Shown piece after piece: positions 33,098 through 41,534 of a stretch of DNA of 41,534 bases; the first letter of the stretch is position 1, and each line of letters opens with the position of its first letter. The stretch spans positions 1 through 41,534 of the forward strand of contig QHRS01000091.1 in the NCBI GenBank assembly GCA_003221435.1, given 5' to 3'. The notes under the pieces are model-generated. The model was not told where the DNA came from and did no database searches. It saw nothing but the letters and a program-made list of their open reading frames with translations. This DNA comes from Candidatus Rokuibacteriota bacterium. Its GTDB lineage: Bacteria; Methylomirabilota; Methylomirabilia; Rokubacteriales; CSP1-6. A program made the translations under genes and the position numbers.

Positions 33098-33500
33098 TCT
33101 GACCCTCGCCGTCCGCTGGAGCGAGTCGGACCCCGCCGGGATCGCATTCTACCCGCGCTTCTTCGAATGGTTCGACGTCGCGACCGCCGCGCTCTTCGCG
33201 CTGATCGGCGAGCCGTGGGACCGGACGTTCCGCGACCACGACATCCTCGGCGTCCCGGCCGTCGAGGCGAGCGCGACCTTCCTCGCGCCGGTTCGCTTCG
33301 GCGACACGATCACGATCGAGAGCGAGGTGACCGACGTCACCGACAAGACCTTCCGGGTCGACCACCGGATCTCGGTCGGGCCGACGCTCTGCGCGACCGG
33401 GTTCGAGCGGCGGGCCTGGGTGGGGCAGCCCCTTGCGCCGGGCGGACGCATCCGGGCGAAGTCCATCCCGGACACCATCAGACGAAAGCTTGGCGGCTGA
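33075..33500 (+). CDS. Hotdog-fold acyl-CoA thioesterase (4HBT/YbgC-like)
   Basis: ...LTLAVRWSESDPAGIAFYPRFFEWFD...VEASATFLAPVRFGD. The start may be TTG at 33075 or GTG at 33084. It overlaps the kinase end. Confidence 0.8.
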   Translation: MPCVLKHSLTLAVRWSESDPAGIAFYPRFFEWFDVATAALFALIGEPWDRTFRDHDILGVPAVEASATFLAPVRFGDTITIESEVTDVTDKTFRVDHRISVGPTLCATGFERRAWVGQPLAPGGRIRAKSIPDTIRRKLGG

Positions 33501-33519
33501 GGCCGCCTCGAGGGGCGCG

Positions 33520-34734
33520 ATGGAACGGTTGACACGGCGGAGATTTCTCGGCGGCGCTGGAGCGGCCGCGGCGACCGCCGCCCTGGGCCCACCGGCGCGA
33601 CGCGCCTCGGCGCAGGCGAAGCCGCTCAAGATCGGCCTGGTGCTGCCGTACTCCAACGTCTACGCCGTGCTCGGCGAGAGCATCACCGAGGGTATGCGGC
33701 TCGTCTTCGAGCGCGAGAGCTGGACGGTCGCCGGCCGCAAGGTCGAGCTGCTCCGGGAAGACGACGAGGTCAGCCCGCAGGTCGGGCTCCGGAAGACCAA
33801 GAAGCTGATCGAGAGTGACGCGGTCGACTTTCTCGTCGGGCCGGTTTCGAGCGGCGTGCTCGCCGCGATTCGCGACACCGTGCATCAGGCGCGGCAGATC
33901 CTGATCGTCGCCAACGCGGGCAACGACGAGATCAGCCGCGAGCGCTGCTCGAAGTACATCTTCCGAGCGTCGTTCTCCAACTGGCAGCCGAACTGGCCGA
34001 TGGGCGCCTGGGTCGCCGCGCACGTGGGGAAAGAGGCGCACCTGATCGCGCCGAAATACTCGGCGGGCTTCGACATGATGAAGGCGTTCAAGGAGACGTT
34101 CGTGCCGGCCGGCGGCAGGGTCGTCGGCGAGGACTACACGCCGTTTCCGGTCAACGAGGATTTCGCCCCGTTCCTGACCAAGATCAACCAGGCCGCGCCC
34201 CGGGTGGTCTACGCCTTCTTCTCCGGCTCGCAGGCGGTGAGGTTCGTCAGGCAGTACGACGAGTTCGGGCTGCGCGCGCGCTCGAAGCTCTGCGGCGCGG
34301 GCTTCCTCACGGAGACCGACGTGCTGCCCGCCGAGGGCAAGTCGGCGCTCGGCATCATCACCGGCCATTTCTACTCGACGCTGCTCGACAACCCGACGAA
34401 CAGGCAATTCGTGCGCGAGTTCAGGGAGACGTTCAAGAAGACGCCCGACGGCTTCGCCGTGCAGGGGTACGACACCGCACAGACCATCGTCCACGCCCTC
34501 AAGGCGACCGGCGGCGACACCCAGAACAAGGACCGGCTGATCGAGGCCGTGCGCCGGGTCGAGTTCGACAGCCCGCGCGGCCGCTTCCGCTTCGATCCGA
34601 AGACGCAGAACGTGATCCAGCCGTTCATCTACATCCGCGAGGTGCGCGAGGTCGGCGGCGAGCTGGCCAACGTCGTCATCGACCAGGTCGCGAACGTGAA
34701 GGATCCGGGCACCGGCTGCACCCTTCCCGGGTGA
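33520..34734 (+). CDS. ABC transporter substrate-binding protein (LivK/branched-chain amino acid type) with a Tat signal
   Basis: MERLTRRRFLGGAGAAAATAALGPPARRASAQAKPLKIGLVLPYS... (internal ATG of ORF 33433..34734). Confidence 0.88.
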   Translation: MERLTRRRFLGGAGAAAATAALGPPARRASAQAKPLKIGLVLPYSNVYAVLGESITEGMRLVFERESWTVAGRKVELLREDDEVSPQVGLRKTKKLIESDAVDFLVGPVSSGVLAAIRDTVHQARQILIVANAGNDEISRERCSKYIFRASFSNWQPNWPMGAWVAAHVGKEAHLIAPKYSAGFDMMKAFKETFVPAGGRVVGEDYTPFPVNEDFAPFLTKINQAAPRVVYAFFSGSQAVRFVRQYDEFGLRARSKLCGAGFLTETDVLPAEGKSALGIITGHFYSTLLDNPTNRQFVREFRETFKKTPDGFAVQGYDTAQTIVHALKATGGDTQNKDRLIEAVRRVEFDSPRGRFRFDPKTQNVIQPFIYIREVREVGGELANVVIDQVANVKDPGTGCTLPG

Positions 34735-34738
34735 GCTC

Positions 34739-35611
34739 CTGACGCTGCTCCCGGACCTCTTCGCCCAGGCGCTCAACGGCCTGGAGTACGGCATGCTGCT
34801 GTTTCTCCTGTCGGTCGGCCTCACGCTCATCTTCGGCATGCTCGACGTCATCAATCTCGCGCACGGGTCGTTCTACACGCTCGGCGCGTACGCGGGCCTC
34901 GCCATTGCCGCCGTGACGGGCGATTTCTGGATCGCGCTCGCGCTCGCGCCCGTCGTGGTCGCCGCCGTCGGCGCGCTGATCGAGCGAGGCTGCCTCCGCG
35001 CGCTCTACGCCCGCGGCCCCAACGCCCAGGTGCTGCTGACGTTCGGCTTCATCTACCTGTTCGACGACCTCGTGAAGTGGATCTGGGGGGCGCACGTCCG
35101 CTCGATGCCGCCGCCGGCCATGCTCGCCGGGTCGGTGGCGCTCGGCGCCCTGCGGTTCCCGTCCTACCGGCTGTTCGTCATCGTGTTCGGCCTGGCGGTG
35201 GCGGGGCTCCTCTGGCTCCTGCTCGAACGCACCCGGCTCGGCGCGATTCTGCGCGCGGGCGTCTATGACAGGGAGATGACCGCCGGGCTCGGGGTCAACG
35301 TGCACCGCGTGTTCACCGGGGTGTTCGCCGTCGGGGCGGCGCTCGCCGCGGTGGCCGGCGTCATCGCGGTGCCGATCCAGGCGGCCTACCCGGGGATGGG
35401 CGTCGAGATTCTGGTGCGCACGCTCATCGTTGTCGTGATCGGCGGACTCGGGAGCCTCAAGGGGTCGCTGGCCGGAAGCCTCATCCTCGGTCAGGCGGAG
35501 ACCTTCGGGAAGGCGTGGTTTCCCGATACGTCGATGTTCATCATCTACGGCGTGATGGTGCTCGTCCTCCTCGCGCGCCCGACGGGCCTCTTCGGTCGTG
35601 AGCTCCGGTAG
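34739..35611 (+). CDS. Branched-chain amino acid ABC transporter permease (LivH-like)
   Basis: The conserved N-terminus ...LLPDLFAQALNGLEYGMLLFLLSVGLTLIFGMLDVINLAHG begins upstream of the first ATG (34793). The only in-frame candidate is the CTG at 34739 (CTGACG), 5 nt after the SBP stop. Confidence 0.8.
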   Translation: MTLLPDLFAQALNGLEYGMLLFLLSVGLTLIFGMLDVINLAHGSFYTLGAYAGLAIAAVTGDFWIALALAPVVVAAVGALIERGCLRALYARGPNAQVLLTFGFIYLFDDLVKWIWGAHVRSMPPPAMLAGSVALGALRFPSYRLFVIVFGLAVAGLLWLLLERTRLGAILRAGVYDREMTAGLGVNVHRVFTGVFAVGAALAAVAGVIAVPIQAAYPGMGVEILVRTLIVVVIGGLGSLKGSLAGSLILGQAETFGKAWFPDTSMFIIYGVMVLVLLARPTGLFGRELR

Positions 35612-36551
35612 CCGCCGAGGCCCCCTTCGATGGTCTCGGCTCCTCGTCGGACTGGTGCTCGGCGCGGTGGCGGCAATGCCGTGGGTCGCGGGCACCTACC
35701 CGGTCAAGCTCGCGCAGGAGATCCTGATCTGGGGCATCTTCGCCATGAGCCTCGATCTGCTCGTGGGCTACGCCGGGATGATCTCGTTCGGGCACTCGGC
35801 GTTCTTCGGCCTCGGCGGCTATGTCGCCGCGCTCTGCCTCAAGCACTGGTCGCCGTCACTCGCGTCGGCGGTGCTCCTGCCCGCCGTCGCCGCGGGGGTC
35901 GCGGGGCTCGTCATCGGCTACCTGTCGATCCGGGTGAGCGGCGTGTACTTCATCATGCTGACGCTCGCGTTCTCCCAGATGCTGTACGCCGCGGCCTTCA
36001 GCACCGAGTGGCTCGGGTCGTCCGACGGGCTGCCCGGCGTCCCGCGGCCGAGCCTGCCGGGAGTCGACCTGAACCTGACGCCGGCGTTCCACCTCTACGT
36101 CATGGTCTTCTTCGCTCTGGCCGGCGTCGCGCTCGACCGGATCGTCCGCTCGCCGTTCGGACGCGTCCTGCGAGGGATCGATGACAACGCGCACAGGATG
36201 GCGGCGGTCGGCTACGCGGTGAACCGGTTCAAGCTGGTGGCCTTCGTCGTCGCGGCCGTGATCGCGGGGCTCGCGGGCTCGCTCTACGCGCAGTTCAACG
36301 GCTACGTCTCGCCCGAGATGTTGTTCTGGACGACGTCGGGGGAGGCGCTCCTGATGGTCATCATCGGGGGCACCCGAACACTCGCCGGACCCGTCCTCGG
36401 GGCGGCGGCGTTCATCGGCTTGCAGAGCCTCGTCAGCTCCTATACCGAGCGCTGGATGCTGATCCTCGGCGCGGTCTTCATCGGGTTCGTCCTCTGGGCG
36501 CCCGCCGGTCTGCTCGGGCTCGTGCAGGAGGGCGCGGAGCCGCGCGCCTGA
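35598..36551 (+). CDS. Branched-chain amino acid ABC transporter permease (LivM-like)
   Basis: 317-aa ORF: ...LDLLVGYAGMISFGHSAFFGLGGYVAA...GYVSPE... The start is uncertain: GTG at 35598, or later, for example the Met in AAMPWVAG. Confidence 0.85.
   Translation: MSSGSRRGPLRWSRLLVGLVLGAVAAMPWVAGTYPVKLAQEILIWGIFAMSLDLLVGYAGMISFGHSAFFGLGGYVAALCLKHWSPSLASAVLLPAVAAGVAGLVIGYLSIRVSGVYFIMLTLAFSQMLYAAAFSTEWLGSSDGLPGVPRPSLPGVDLNLTPAFHLYVMVFFALAGVALDRIVRSPFGRVLRGIDDNAHRMAAVGYAVNRFKLVAFVVAAVIAGLAGSLYAQFNGYVSPEMLFWTTSGEALLMVIIGGTRTLAGPVLGAAAFIGLQSLVSSYTERWMLILGAVFIGFVLWAPAGLLGLVQEGAEPRA
35611..35635 (+). repeat. Partial copy E (right arm only) of the GC-rich palindromic repeat
   Basis: GCCGCCGAGGCCCCCTTCGATGGTC matches the right arm of copies A and B. 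It sits at the livH-stop / livM-start junction and is translated as SRRGPLRWS in the livM ORF. Confidence 0.55.
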
Positions 36552-37303
36552 CCCGCCCGCTCCTGCGCTGCGACGCGCTCTCCCGGAGCTTCGGCGCCCT
36601 CGCCGCGCTGAATGGCGTCACGCTCGAGGTAGAGCCCCGCGAGCGCCGGGCGGTCATCGGGCCGAACGGCGCGGGCAAGACCACGCTCTTCAACCTGATT
36701 GCGGGCGAGCTCGCGCCCTCCGGCGGCCGGATCGAGTTCGAGGGCCGGCCGATCGACAGGCTCCCGCCCTACGCCATCGCGCGCCGGGGGATCTCGCGCT
36801 CCTTCCAGCGCACGAACGTGTTCCCCCGGCTCTCCGTCGGCGAAAATCTCCGGCTCGCCGCCGCGGTCCGCTTCCGCGGGAGTTTCCGGCTGTTCGCGCC
36901 ACCGCCGAGTCTGGCGCCGGTGCTGGCGGTCGTCCGCGACGTCGCGGACGCGGTCGGGCTCGCCGACCGGTTGGACGCGCACGCCGGTCGCCTGTCATAC
37001 GGCGAGCAGCGACAGCTCGAGATCGGCGTCGCGCTCGCCACCCGACCGCGCCTGCTGCTGTTGGACGAACCGACCGCGGGGATGTCGCCGGACGAGACGC
37101 AGCGGATGATCCGGCTCCTCGGCGCGCTGCCCCGCGAGGTCACGCTCCTGATCATCGAGCACGACATGGATGTCGTCTTCTCGCTCGCGGACCGCGTGAC
37201 GGTGCTCCACGGGGGCGAGGTGTTGACCGAGGGCCCACCCGATGCCGTGCGGGCCGATCCCAGGGTGTACGAGGTCTACCTGGGCGCGACGGGCGACGCG
37301 TGA
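36548..37303 (+). CDS. ABC transporter ATP-binding protein (LivG-like)
   Basis: The frame of ORF 36818..37303, extended upstream, encodes LTRPLLRCDALSRSFGALAALNGVTLEVEPRERRAVIGPNGAGKTTLFN (Walker A). No ATG/GTG/TTG precedes this. An in-frame CTG at 36548 overlaps the livM stop (CTGA). Downstream motifs: LSYGEQRQLEI and LLLLDEPTAG. Confidence 0.85.
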   Translation: MTRPLLRCDALSRSFGALAALNGVTLEVEPRERRAVIGPNGAGKTTLFNLIAGELAPSGGRIEFEGRPIDRLPPYAIARRGISRSFQRTNVFPRLSVGENLRLAAAVRFRGSFRLFAPPPSLAPVLAVVRDVADAVGLADRLDAHAGRLSYGEQRQLEIGVALATRPRLLLLDEPTAGMSPDETQRMIRLLGALPREVTLLIIEHDMDVVFSLADRVTVLHGGEVLTEGPPDAVRADPRVYEVYLGATGDA

Positions 37304-37992
37304 CGCTCGAGGTCGACGCGATCCACACGTTCTACGGGGAGAGCCACGTCCTGCACGGCGCGAGCCTGCGGGTCCAGCCGGGCGAGGTCGTCGCGCTCCT
37401 CGGGCGGAACGGCGCGGGAAAGACGACGCTGGTCCGGAGCATCGTAGGGTTCGAGCACCCGCGGAGCGGACGCATCGCGTGGGAGGGGTCCCTGATCCAC
37501 CGGCTCCCGCCCCACGCGATCGCCCGGCGCGGCCTCGGTCTCGTCCCGCAGGGGCGCCGGATCTTCGCCCCGCTGTCGGTCGCCGAGAATCTCCGCTTCG
37601 CGGAGCGGCCCGGTCGATGGACGCCGGAGCGCGTGTATGCGATCTTCCCGCGGCTCCGCGAGCGCGCGGCGCAGGGCGGCGGCACGCTCTCCGGCGGCGA
37701 GCAGCAGATGCTCGCGATCGGCCGCGCCCTCTTGACCAACCCCCGACTCCTGGTGCTCGATGAGCCCTCGGAGGGGCTCGCGCCCCTGATCGTCCGCGAG
37801 CTCGGACGCGTGCTGACCGGGCTCAAGGCCGAGGGCCTGAGCATGCTGCTCGTGGAGCAGAATCTGGCGCTCGCGCTCCGCGTCGCCGACCGTGTCTACG
37901 TGATGAACAAAGGGCAGATCGTGTACCATGGCACTCGCGACGAGCTCGGCGCGAACGAAGAGATCAAGCGCCGCTACCTGGGCCTCGCGTGA
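37300..37992 (+). CDS. ABC transporter ATP-binding protein (LivF-like)
   Basis: 230-aa ORF with a GTGA overlap with the preceding gene. Motifs: GRNGAGKTT, LSGGEQQMLAIGRAL, LLVLDEPSEGL. Confidence 0.9.
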   Translation: MTLEVDAIHTFYGESHVLHGASLRVQPGEVVALLGRNGAGKTTLVRSIVGFEHPRSGRIAWEGSLIHRLPPHAIARRGLGLVPQGRRIFAPLSVAENLRFAERPGRWTPERVYAIFPRLRERAAQGGGTLSGGEQQMLAIGRALLTNPRLLVLDEPSEGLAPLIVRELGRVLTGLKAEGLSMLLVEQNLALALRVADRVYVMNKGQIVYHGTRDELGANEEIKRRYLGLA

Positions 37993-37996
37993 ATTC

Positions 37997-38848
37997 ATGA
38001 GCTGGATCGATCCCGATTTCCCGAAGACCGCGACGCCGAGCGACCGCGTGGGACGGGTCCTCGGGCTGAACCCGGGGCTGATGACGGGCCCGGGCACGAA
38101 CACCTACCTCGTGGGCGAGCGCGACCCCATTCTGATCGACACGGGCGGGGGTGTCCCTGGCTACGTCGCCAACCTCGAGGCGTACCTGAGAGCCCGGGGC
38201 TGGACGCGGCCGTCGCGGATCGTGCTCACCCACCGGCACCGCGACCACATGGGCGGCGTCGCCCAGCTCCGGGAGCGCTTTCCCGGCGTCCGCGTCGCCA
38301 AGATGCGCCACCGCGACCCGGCGCTGCCCGAGCCCGTCGACGATCTGCGCGACGGCCAGGCGGTGCAGGGCGACGGGGTCACGCTGATCCCGGTCTATAC
38401 GCCGGGGCACGCCTCCGACCACCTCTGCTACTTCCTGGTCGAGGAACAGGCGCTCTTCACGGGCGATGTCATTCTCGCCGGCTCGACCACGGTGATCCCG
38501 CCGGCCGACGGCGACCTCACCGCCTACATGACCTCGCTCCGACGCCTGCAGCAGCTCGATGTGCGGCGGATCTATCCCGCGCACGGGCCCGTCGTTGAAG
38601 ACGGGCCGGCGAAGATCCGCGAGTACATCGAGCACCGGCTCCTGCGCGAGCGCCAGATCCTCGAGGTGGTCGGCGAGGGGCGCGCGACGATTCCGGGGAT
38701 CGTGGAGAAGATCTACGCAGAGGTCTCGCCCGCGCTCCACGTCGCGGCGGCGATGTCGGTCGAGTCGCACCTCCGCGCGCTCGAGAAGGCCGGCCGAGTG
38801 CGCGAGCGGCTCATCAGCGGAGCGCCCTCTCGCTGGGAGCTGGTGTAG
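37997..38848 (+). CDS. MBL-fold metallo-hydrolase
   Basis: MSWIDPDFPK... with THRHRDHMGG (HxHxDH) and ...TPGHASDH... 283 aa from the internal ATG of ORF 37928..38848. Confidence 0.85.
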   Translation: MSWIDPDFPKTATPSDRVGRVLGLNPGLMTGPGTNTYLVGERDPILIDTGGGVPGYVANLEAYLRARGWTRPSRIVLTHRHRDHMGGVAQLRERFPGVRVAKMRHRDPALPEPVDDLRDGQAVQGDGVTLIPVYTPGHASDHLCYFLVEEQALFTGDVILAGSTTVIPPADGDLTAYMTSLRRLQQLDVRRIYPAHGPVVEDGPAKIREYIEHRLLRERQILEVVGEGRATIPGIVEKIYAEVSPALHVAAAMSVESHLRALEKAGRVRERLISGAPSRWELV

Positions 38849-38856
38849 CCCGCCGG

Positions 38857-39576
38857 TTACGTCGAGGCGACGACCAGGGCCTCGAAGAGGCGTCGCGCGG
38901 TCTCGTGCTGCGGGGCCAGCTCCTCGGGATGCCACTGGACGCCGATGACGAAGCGCGAAGGGTCCTCCAGCTCGGCGCCCTCGATCAGCTCATCGCCTTC
39001 CGCGAACGCGACAGCCTTCAGGTCCCGGCCGAGCGTTTTGATCGCCTGGTGATGGAAGCTGTTCACCTCGAGCTGGTCGACGCCGAGCACCCGCTCGAGT
39101 CGGCTCCCCGAAGCGACCCTGACCTTGTGGGTCGGCTCGTGTCGGGGCGCGGTCTGGCCGTGCTCGACGGAGGTCCCCGACGCGCTCGCGACATCCTGAT
39201 AGAGACTCCCGCCCAGTGCGACGTTCAGCACCTGGAGCCCGCGGCAGATCGCGAGCACCGGCAGCCGCCGCGCCAGCGCGTGCTCGACCAGCGCGATTTC
39301 CAGCGCGTCGCGCGCGTCCGAAACTCCGCTCACGGTTTTGTGGCGCGGCTGCTTGAAGAGGTTCGGGTTCACGTCCCCTCCGCCGGTCAGGAGCACGCCG
39401 TGAAGCCGCTCGAACAGTTCTCTGCGCGCGCGCTCGTCTATCTGTGGCGGCAGCAGGATTGGCACCCCTCCCGCCCCCTGGACGGCCGTGAGGTACGCGG
39501 AGTTGATGGCGGCCCGTTCACCCTCTTTGCCGGCGATGATCGACGTGCTCACCCCGATGAGCGGCGCGCCTGCCAT
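38857..39576 (-). CDS. Class I glutamine amidotransferase, gamma-glutamyl-GABA hydrolase (PuuD / peptidase C26)-like
   Basis: MAGAPLIGVSTSI...VLLTGGGDVNP...PVLAICRGLQVLNVALGG...NSFHHQAI...GVQWHPE. 239 aa from the internal ATG of ORF 38857..39786. Confidence 0.85.
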   Translation of the reverse strand: MAGAPLIGVSTSIIAGKEGERAAINSAYLTAVQGAGGVPILLPPQIDERARRELFERLHGVLLTGGGDVNPNLFKQPRHKTVSGVSDARDALEIALVEHALARRLPVLAICRGLQVLNVALGGSLYQDVASASGTSVEHGQTAPRHEPTHKVRVASGSRLERVLGVDQLEVNSFHHQAIKTLGRDLKAVAFAEGDELIEGAELEDPSRFVIGVQWHPEELAPQHETARRLFEALVVAST

Positions 39577-39620
39577 GCGTGTACGGTAGCACACGCGTGC
39601 GGTTCTTGACGCCCTCGCCC

Positions 39621-39638
39621 GCGCATGGTTCCATGCGC
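39621..39638. promoter_or_regulatory. Inverted repeat GCGCATGG-tt-CCATGCGC immediately upstream of the GGT start
   Basis: Perfect 8-bp arms ending 2 nt before the ATG at 39641. TTGACG at 39606..39611 lies 17 nt upstream of a weak TTCCAT. Function unknown. Confidence 0.3.
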
Positions 39639-39640
39639 GC

Positions 39641-41404
39641 ATGACGCTTGATGCCGCCCCGTCCCAGCCGGGCGCGCCGTACACGCCCACGCACACGGTT
39701 GAGGCGATCGGCGGTCGCTGGGCCGTGGCGGCCGGGCATCCGCTCGCCGCGCAAGCTGGGGCCCGCATCCTCCAGGCCGGGGGCAACGCGATCGACGCGG
39801 GAGTCGCGGCCGGGCTCTGCCTGGGGGTCGTGCACCCCGAGATGGTCAGCGTCGCGGGCGTCGCGCCGATCCTCGTTCACCTCGCGAGCACTCGCGAGAC
39901 CTACCAGGTGTCCGGCGTCGGCCCGTATCCCCGCGCCCTCACGCTCGATTACTTCCGTGTTCGCTTCGGCGGCGAGATTCCGCCCGGCGTCGCCCGGGCC
40001 GTGGTGCCCGCGTCGCCCGCGTCGTGGCTCGAGGCGCTCGCGCGCTGGGGGACGATGTCGTTCGCCGACGTGGTGGCGCCCGCGCTCGAGTGCGCGGAAC
40101 GCGGCTTTCCGCTCTCGCGCTTCTCGGGCTTCCTGATGGCGGGCAACGAGGCCGCGTACCGGCGCTGGCCGACCTCGGCCGCGCTGTTTCTCCGGGACGG
40201 CCGACCCCTCAGGGCCGGCGAGGTCCTCGTGCAATCCGAGCTCGCGCAGACGCTCCGCACGATGGTCCGTGCCGAACAAACGGCCGGCGGCAACCGCGCG
40301 GCTGGCGTGGTCGCCGCGCGCGACGCCTTCTACCGGGGCGAGATCGCTCGCGCGATCGCCGCGTTCCATCAGGACAACGGCGGATTGCTCGCGTACGAGG
40401 ACCTCGCGTCCTTCCAGGTGGAGGTAGGCCACGCGCTCTTGACCGCGTTTCATGAGTACGAGGTGGCGACGTGCGGGTTCTGGTGCCAGGGGCCCGTGCT
40501 GCTCCAGATGCTCAACCTGCTCGAGTCATACGGCCTGCGAGCGCTCGGCCACAACTCGGCCGCGTACCTTCATCTCCTCGTTGAGGTGATCAAGCTGGCG
40601 TTCGCGGACCGCGACGCGTACTACGGCGATCCACTGCACGTCAAGGTCCCCGTCGATGGATTGCTCTCCAAGGCCTACGCCACGGCGCGGCGCACGCTGA
40701 TCCGCGAGCACGAAGCCTGGCCCGACATGCCTCCGGCCGGCGATCCAGACGGGCTCGCGGCGGTGCGGAACGGCGCTGGGCCGAGCGGGCGGCAGCCGGC
40801 GCGCGGGGCGCCGAGTCACTCGCTCGACACGAGCTACGTCGCGGTCGTCGACCAGCACGGCAACGGCTTCTCGGCGACGCCGAGTGACCCCAATGTGGAC
40901 GCGCCGGTCGTGCCGGGCGTCGGGTGCGTTGTCTCGCCGCGGGGCTCGCAGGGGTGGCTCGACCCCGCGCATCCGAGCGTGGTCGCGCCCGGCAAGCGCC
41001 CGCGACTGACTCCCGCGCCGGCGATGGCGTTCCGTGACGGCGCGCTCCTCATGCCCTTCGGCACTCCCGGCGGCGACGTGCAGCAGCAGGCGCTGCTCCA
41101 GGTGTTCCTCAACCTGGCCGTCTTCGGCCTCCCGATCCAGGACGCGATCGAGGCGCCGCGCGTGGCGTCGCGCAGTTTCCCCGATTCGTTCTGGCCCCAC
41201 TCGACCGCTGCCGGTAAGCTCGAGGTCGAGCGGCGCATCCCCGAAGAAACGCGTGGAGCCCTCGCGGCGCTCGGACACCAGGTCACCGCGTGGCCGGAGT
41301 GGGAGTGGCGGGCCGGCGCCGTCTGCGCCGTCCTGATCGGTCGCGGCGGCGCCCGACATGCGGGCGCAGACCCGCGACGCGGTTGTCACGCGATCGCCTG
41401 GTAG
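39641..41404 (+). CDS. ggt: Gamma-glutamyltransferase family protein
   Basis: 587-aa ORF: ...AAGHPLAAQAGARILQAGGNAIDA..., autoprocessing/nucleophile region SHSLDTSYVAVVDQHGN, and ...FGTPGGD... Confidence 0.9.
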   Translation: MTLDAAPSQPGAPYTPTHTVEAIGGRWAVAAGHPLAAQAGARILQAGGNAIDAGVAAGLCLGVVHPEMVSVAGVAPILVHLASTRETYQVSGVGPYPRALTLDYFRVRFGGEIPPGVARAVVPASPASWLEALARWGTMSFADVVAPALECAERGFPLSRFSGFLMAGNEAAYRRWPTSAALFLRDGRPLRAGEVLVQSELAQTLRTMVRAEQTAGGNRAAGVVAARDAFYRGEIARAIAAFHQDNGGLLAYEDLASFQVEVGHALLTAFHEYEVATCGFWCQGPVLLQMLNLLESYGLRALGHNSAAYLHLLVEVIKLAFADRDAYYGDPLHVKVPVDGLLSKAYATARRTLIREHEAWPDMPPAGDPDGLAAVRNGAGPSGRQPARGAPSHSLDTSYVAVVDQHGNGFSATPSDPNVDAPVVPGVGCVVSPRGSQGWLDPAHPSVVAPGKRPRLTPAPAMAFRDGALLMPFGTPGGDVQQQALLQVFLNLAVFGLPIQDAIEAPRVASRSFPDSFWPHSTAAGKLEVERRIPEETRGALAALGHQVTAWPEWEWRAGAVCAVLIGRGGARHAGADPRRGCHAIAW

Positions 41405-41426
41405 AGCCGTCTCGTGCCGTTCGAAG

Positions 41427-41499
41427 TTAGTTCGCCATACTTCGTTGCCCATCGGAGGGGGCCTCGACGGCCCCCTCCGAGCCTTCCCCAAGGGACCGA
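41427..41499 (-). repeat. GC-rich palindromic intergenic repeat, copy D (short form)
   Basis: The reverse complement aligns with 19112..19184, including the GATGGGCAACGAAGTATGGCGAA arm. It lies 23 nt downstream of the GGT stop. Confidence 0.85.
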
Positions 41500-41534
41500 T
41501 GGCGCCGTTTGTTCGGGTGGTCGCCTGCGCGGTG

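Overview
High-GC (about 70%) bacterial chromosomal segment from a diderm (lpxC present). It is almost entirely housekeeping or metabolic. I saw no rRNA, tRNA, CRISPR array, transposase, integrase, phage or recognisable defence genes, and I do not see a clear new multi-gene system. Gene content: (1) A minus-strand pyrimidine operon, pyrR-pyrB-pyrC-carA-[88-aa ORF]-carB-pyrF-pyrE, preceded by a sigma70-type promoter and a PyrR attenuator leader. (2) A PhyH-family dioxygenase, an NtrY/NtrX-like two-component pair with a DUF4390 gene, and lpxC. (3) A Bacillus-like block, lepA-lepB-hemW-hrcA-grpE-dnaJ-prmA-rsmE, that lacks dnaK. (4) Nucleotide-sugar genes: an NDP-sugar pyrophosphorylase, a YcaR/Trm112-like protein, an epimerase, UDP-glucuronate decarboxylase and UDP-glucose 6-dehydrogenase. 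(5) A plus-strand cluster of two acyl-CoA dehydrogenases, a hybrid kinase/receiver, a thioesterase, a LivKHMGF-type ABC transporter and an MBL hydrolase. (6) A divergent glutamine amidotransferase (GATase) / gamma-glutamyltransferase pair. Main observations: (a) lepA is interrupted by a perfect 200-bp inverted copy of its own 5' region. (b) Several other conserved genes (pyrF, carB, the NtrY-like kinase, the sigma54 regulator, possibly the hybrid kinase) carry short deletions or frameshifts at conserved motifs; this could be assembly or amplification damage, or real decay. (c) A modular GC-rich palindromic repeat family is present in 5 copies at gene boundaries. (d) Three conserved genes (pyrE, livH-like, livG-like) have no canonical in-frame start but share an in-frame CTGAC. 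(e) The pyrR leader combines a PyrR-binding loop, a 27-codon leader ORF and an intrinsic terminator. All functional calls come from reading the translated ORFs against remembered family motifs; no database search was run.
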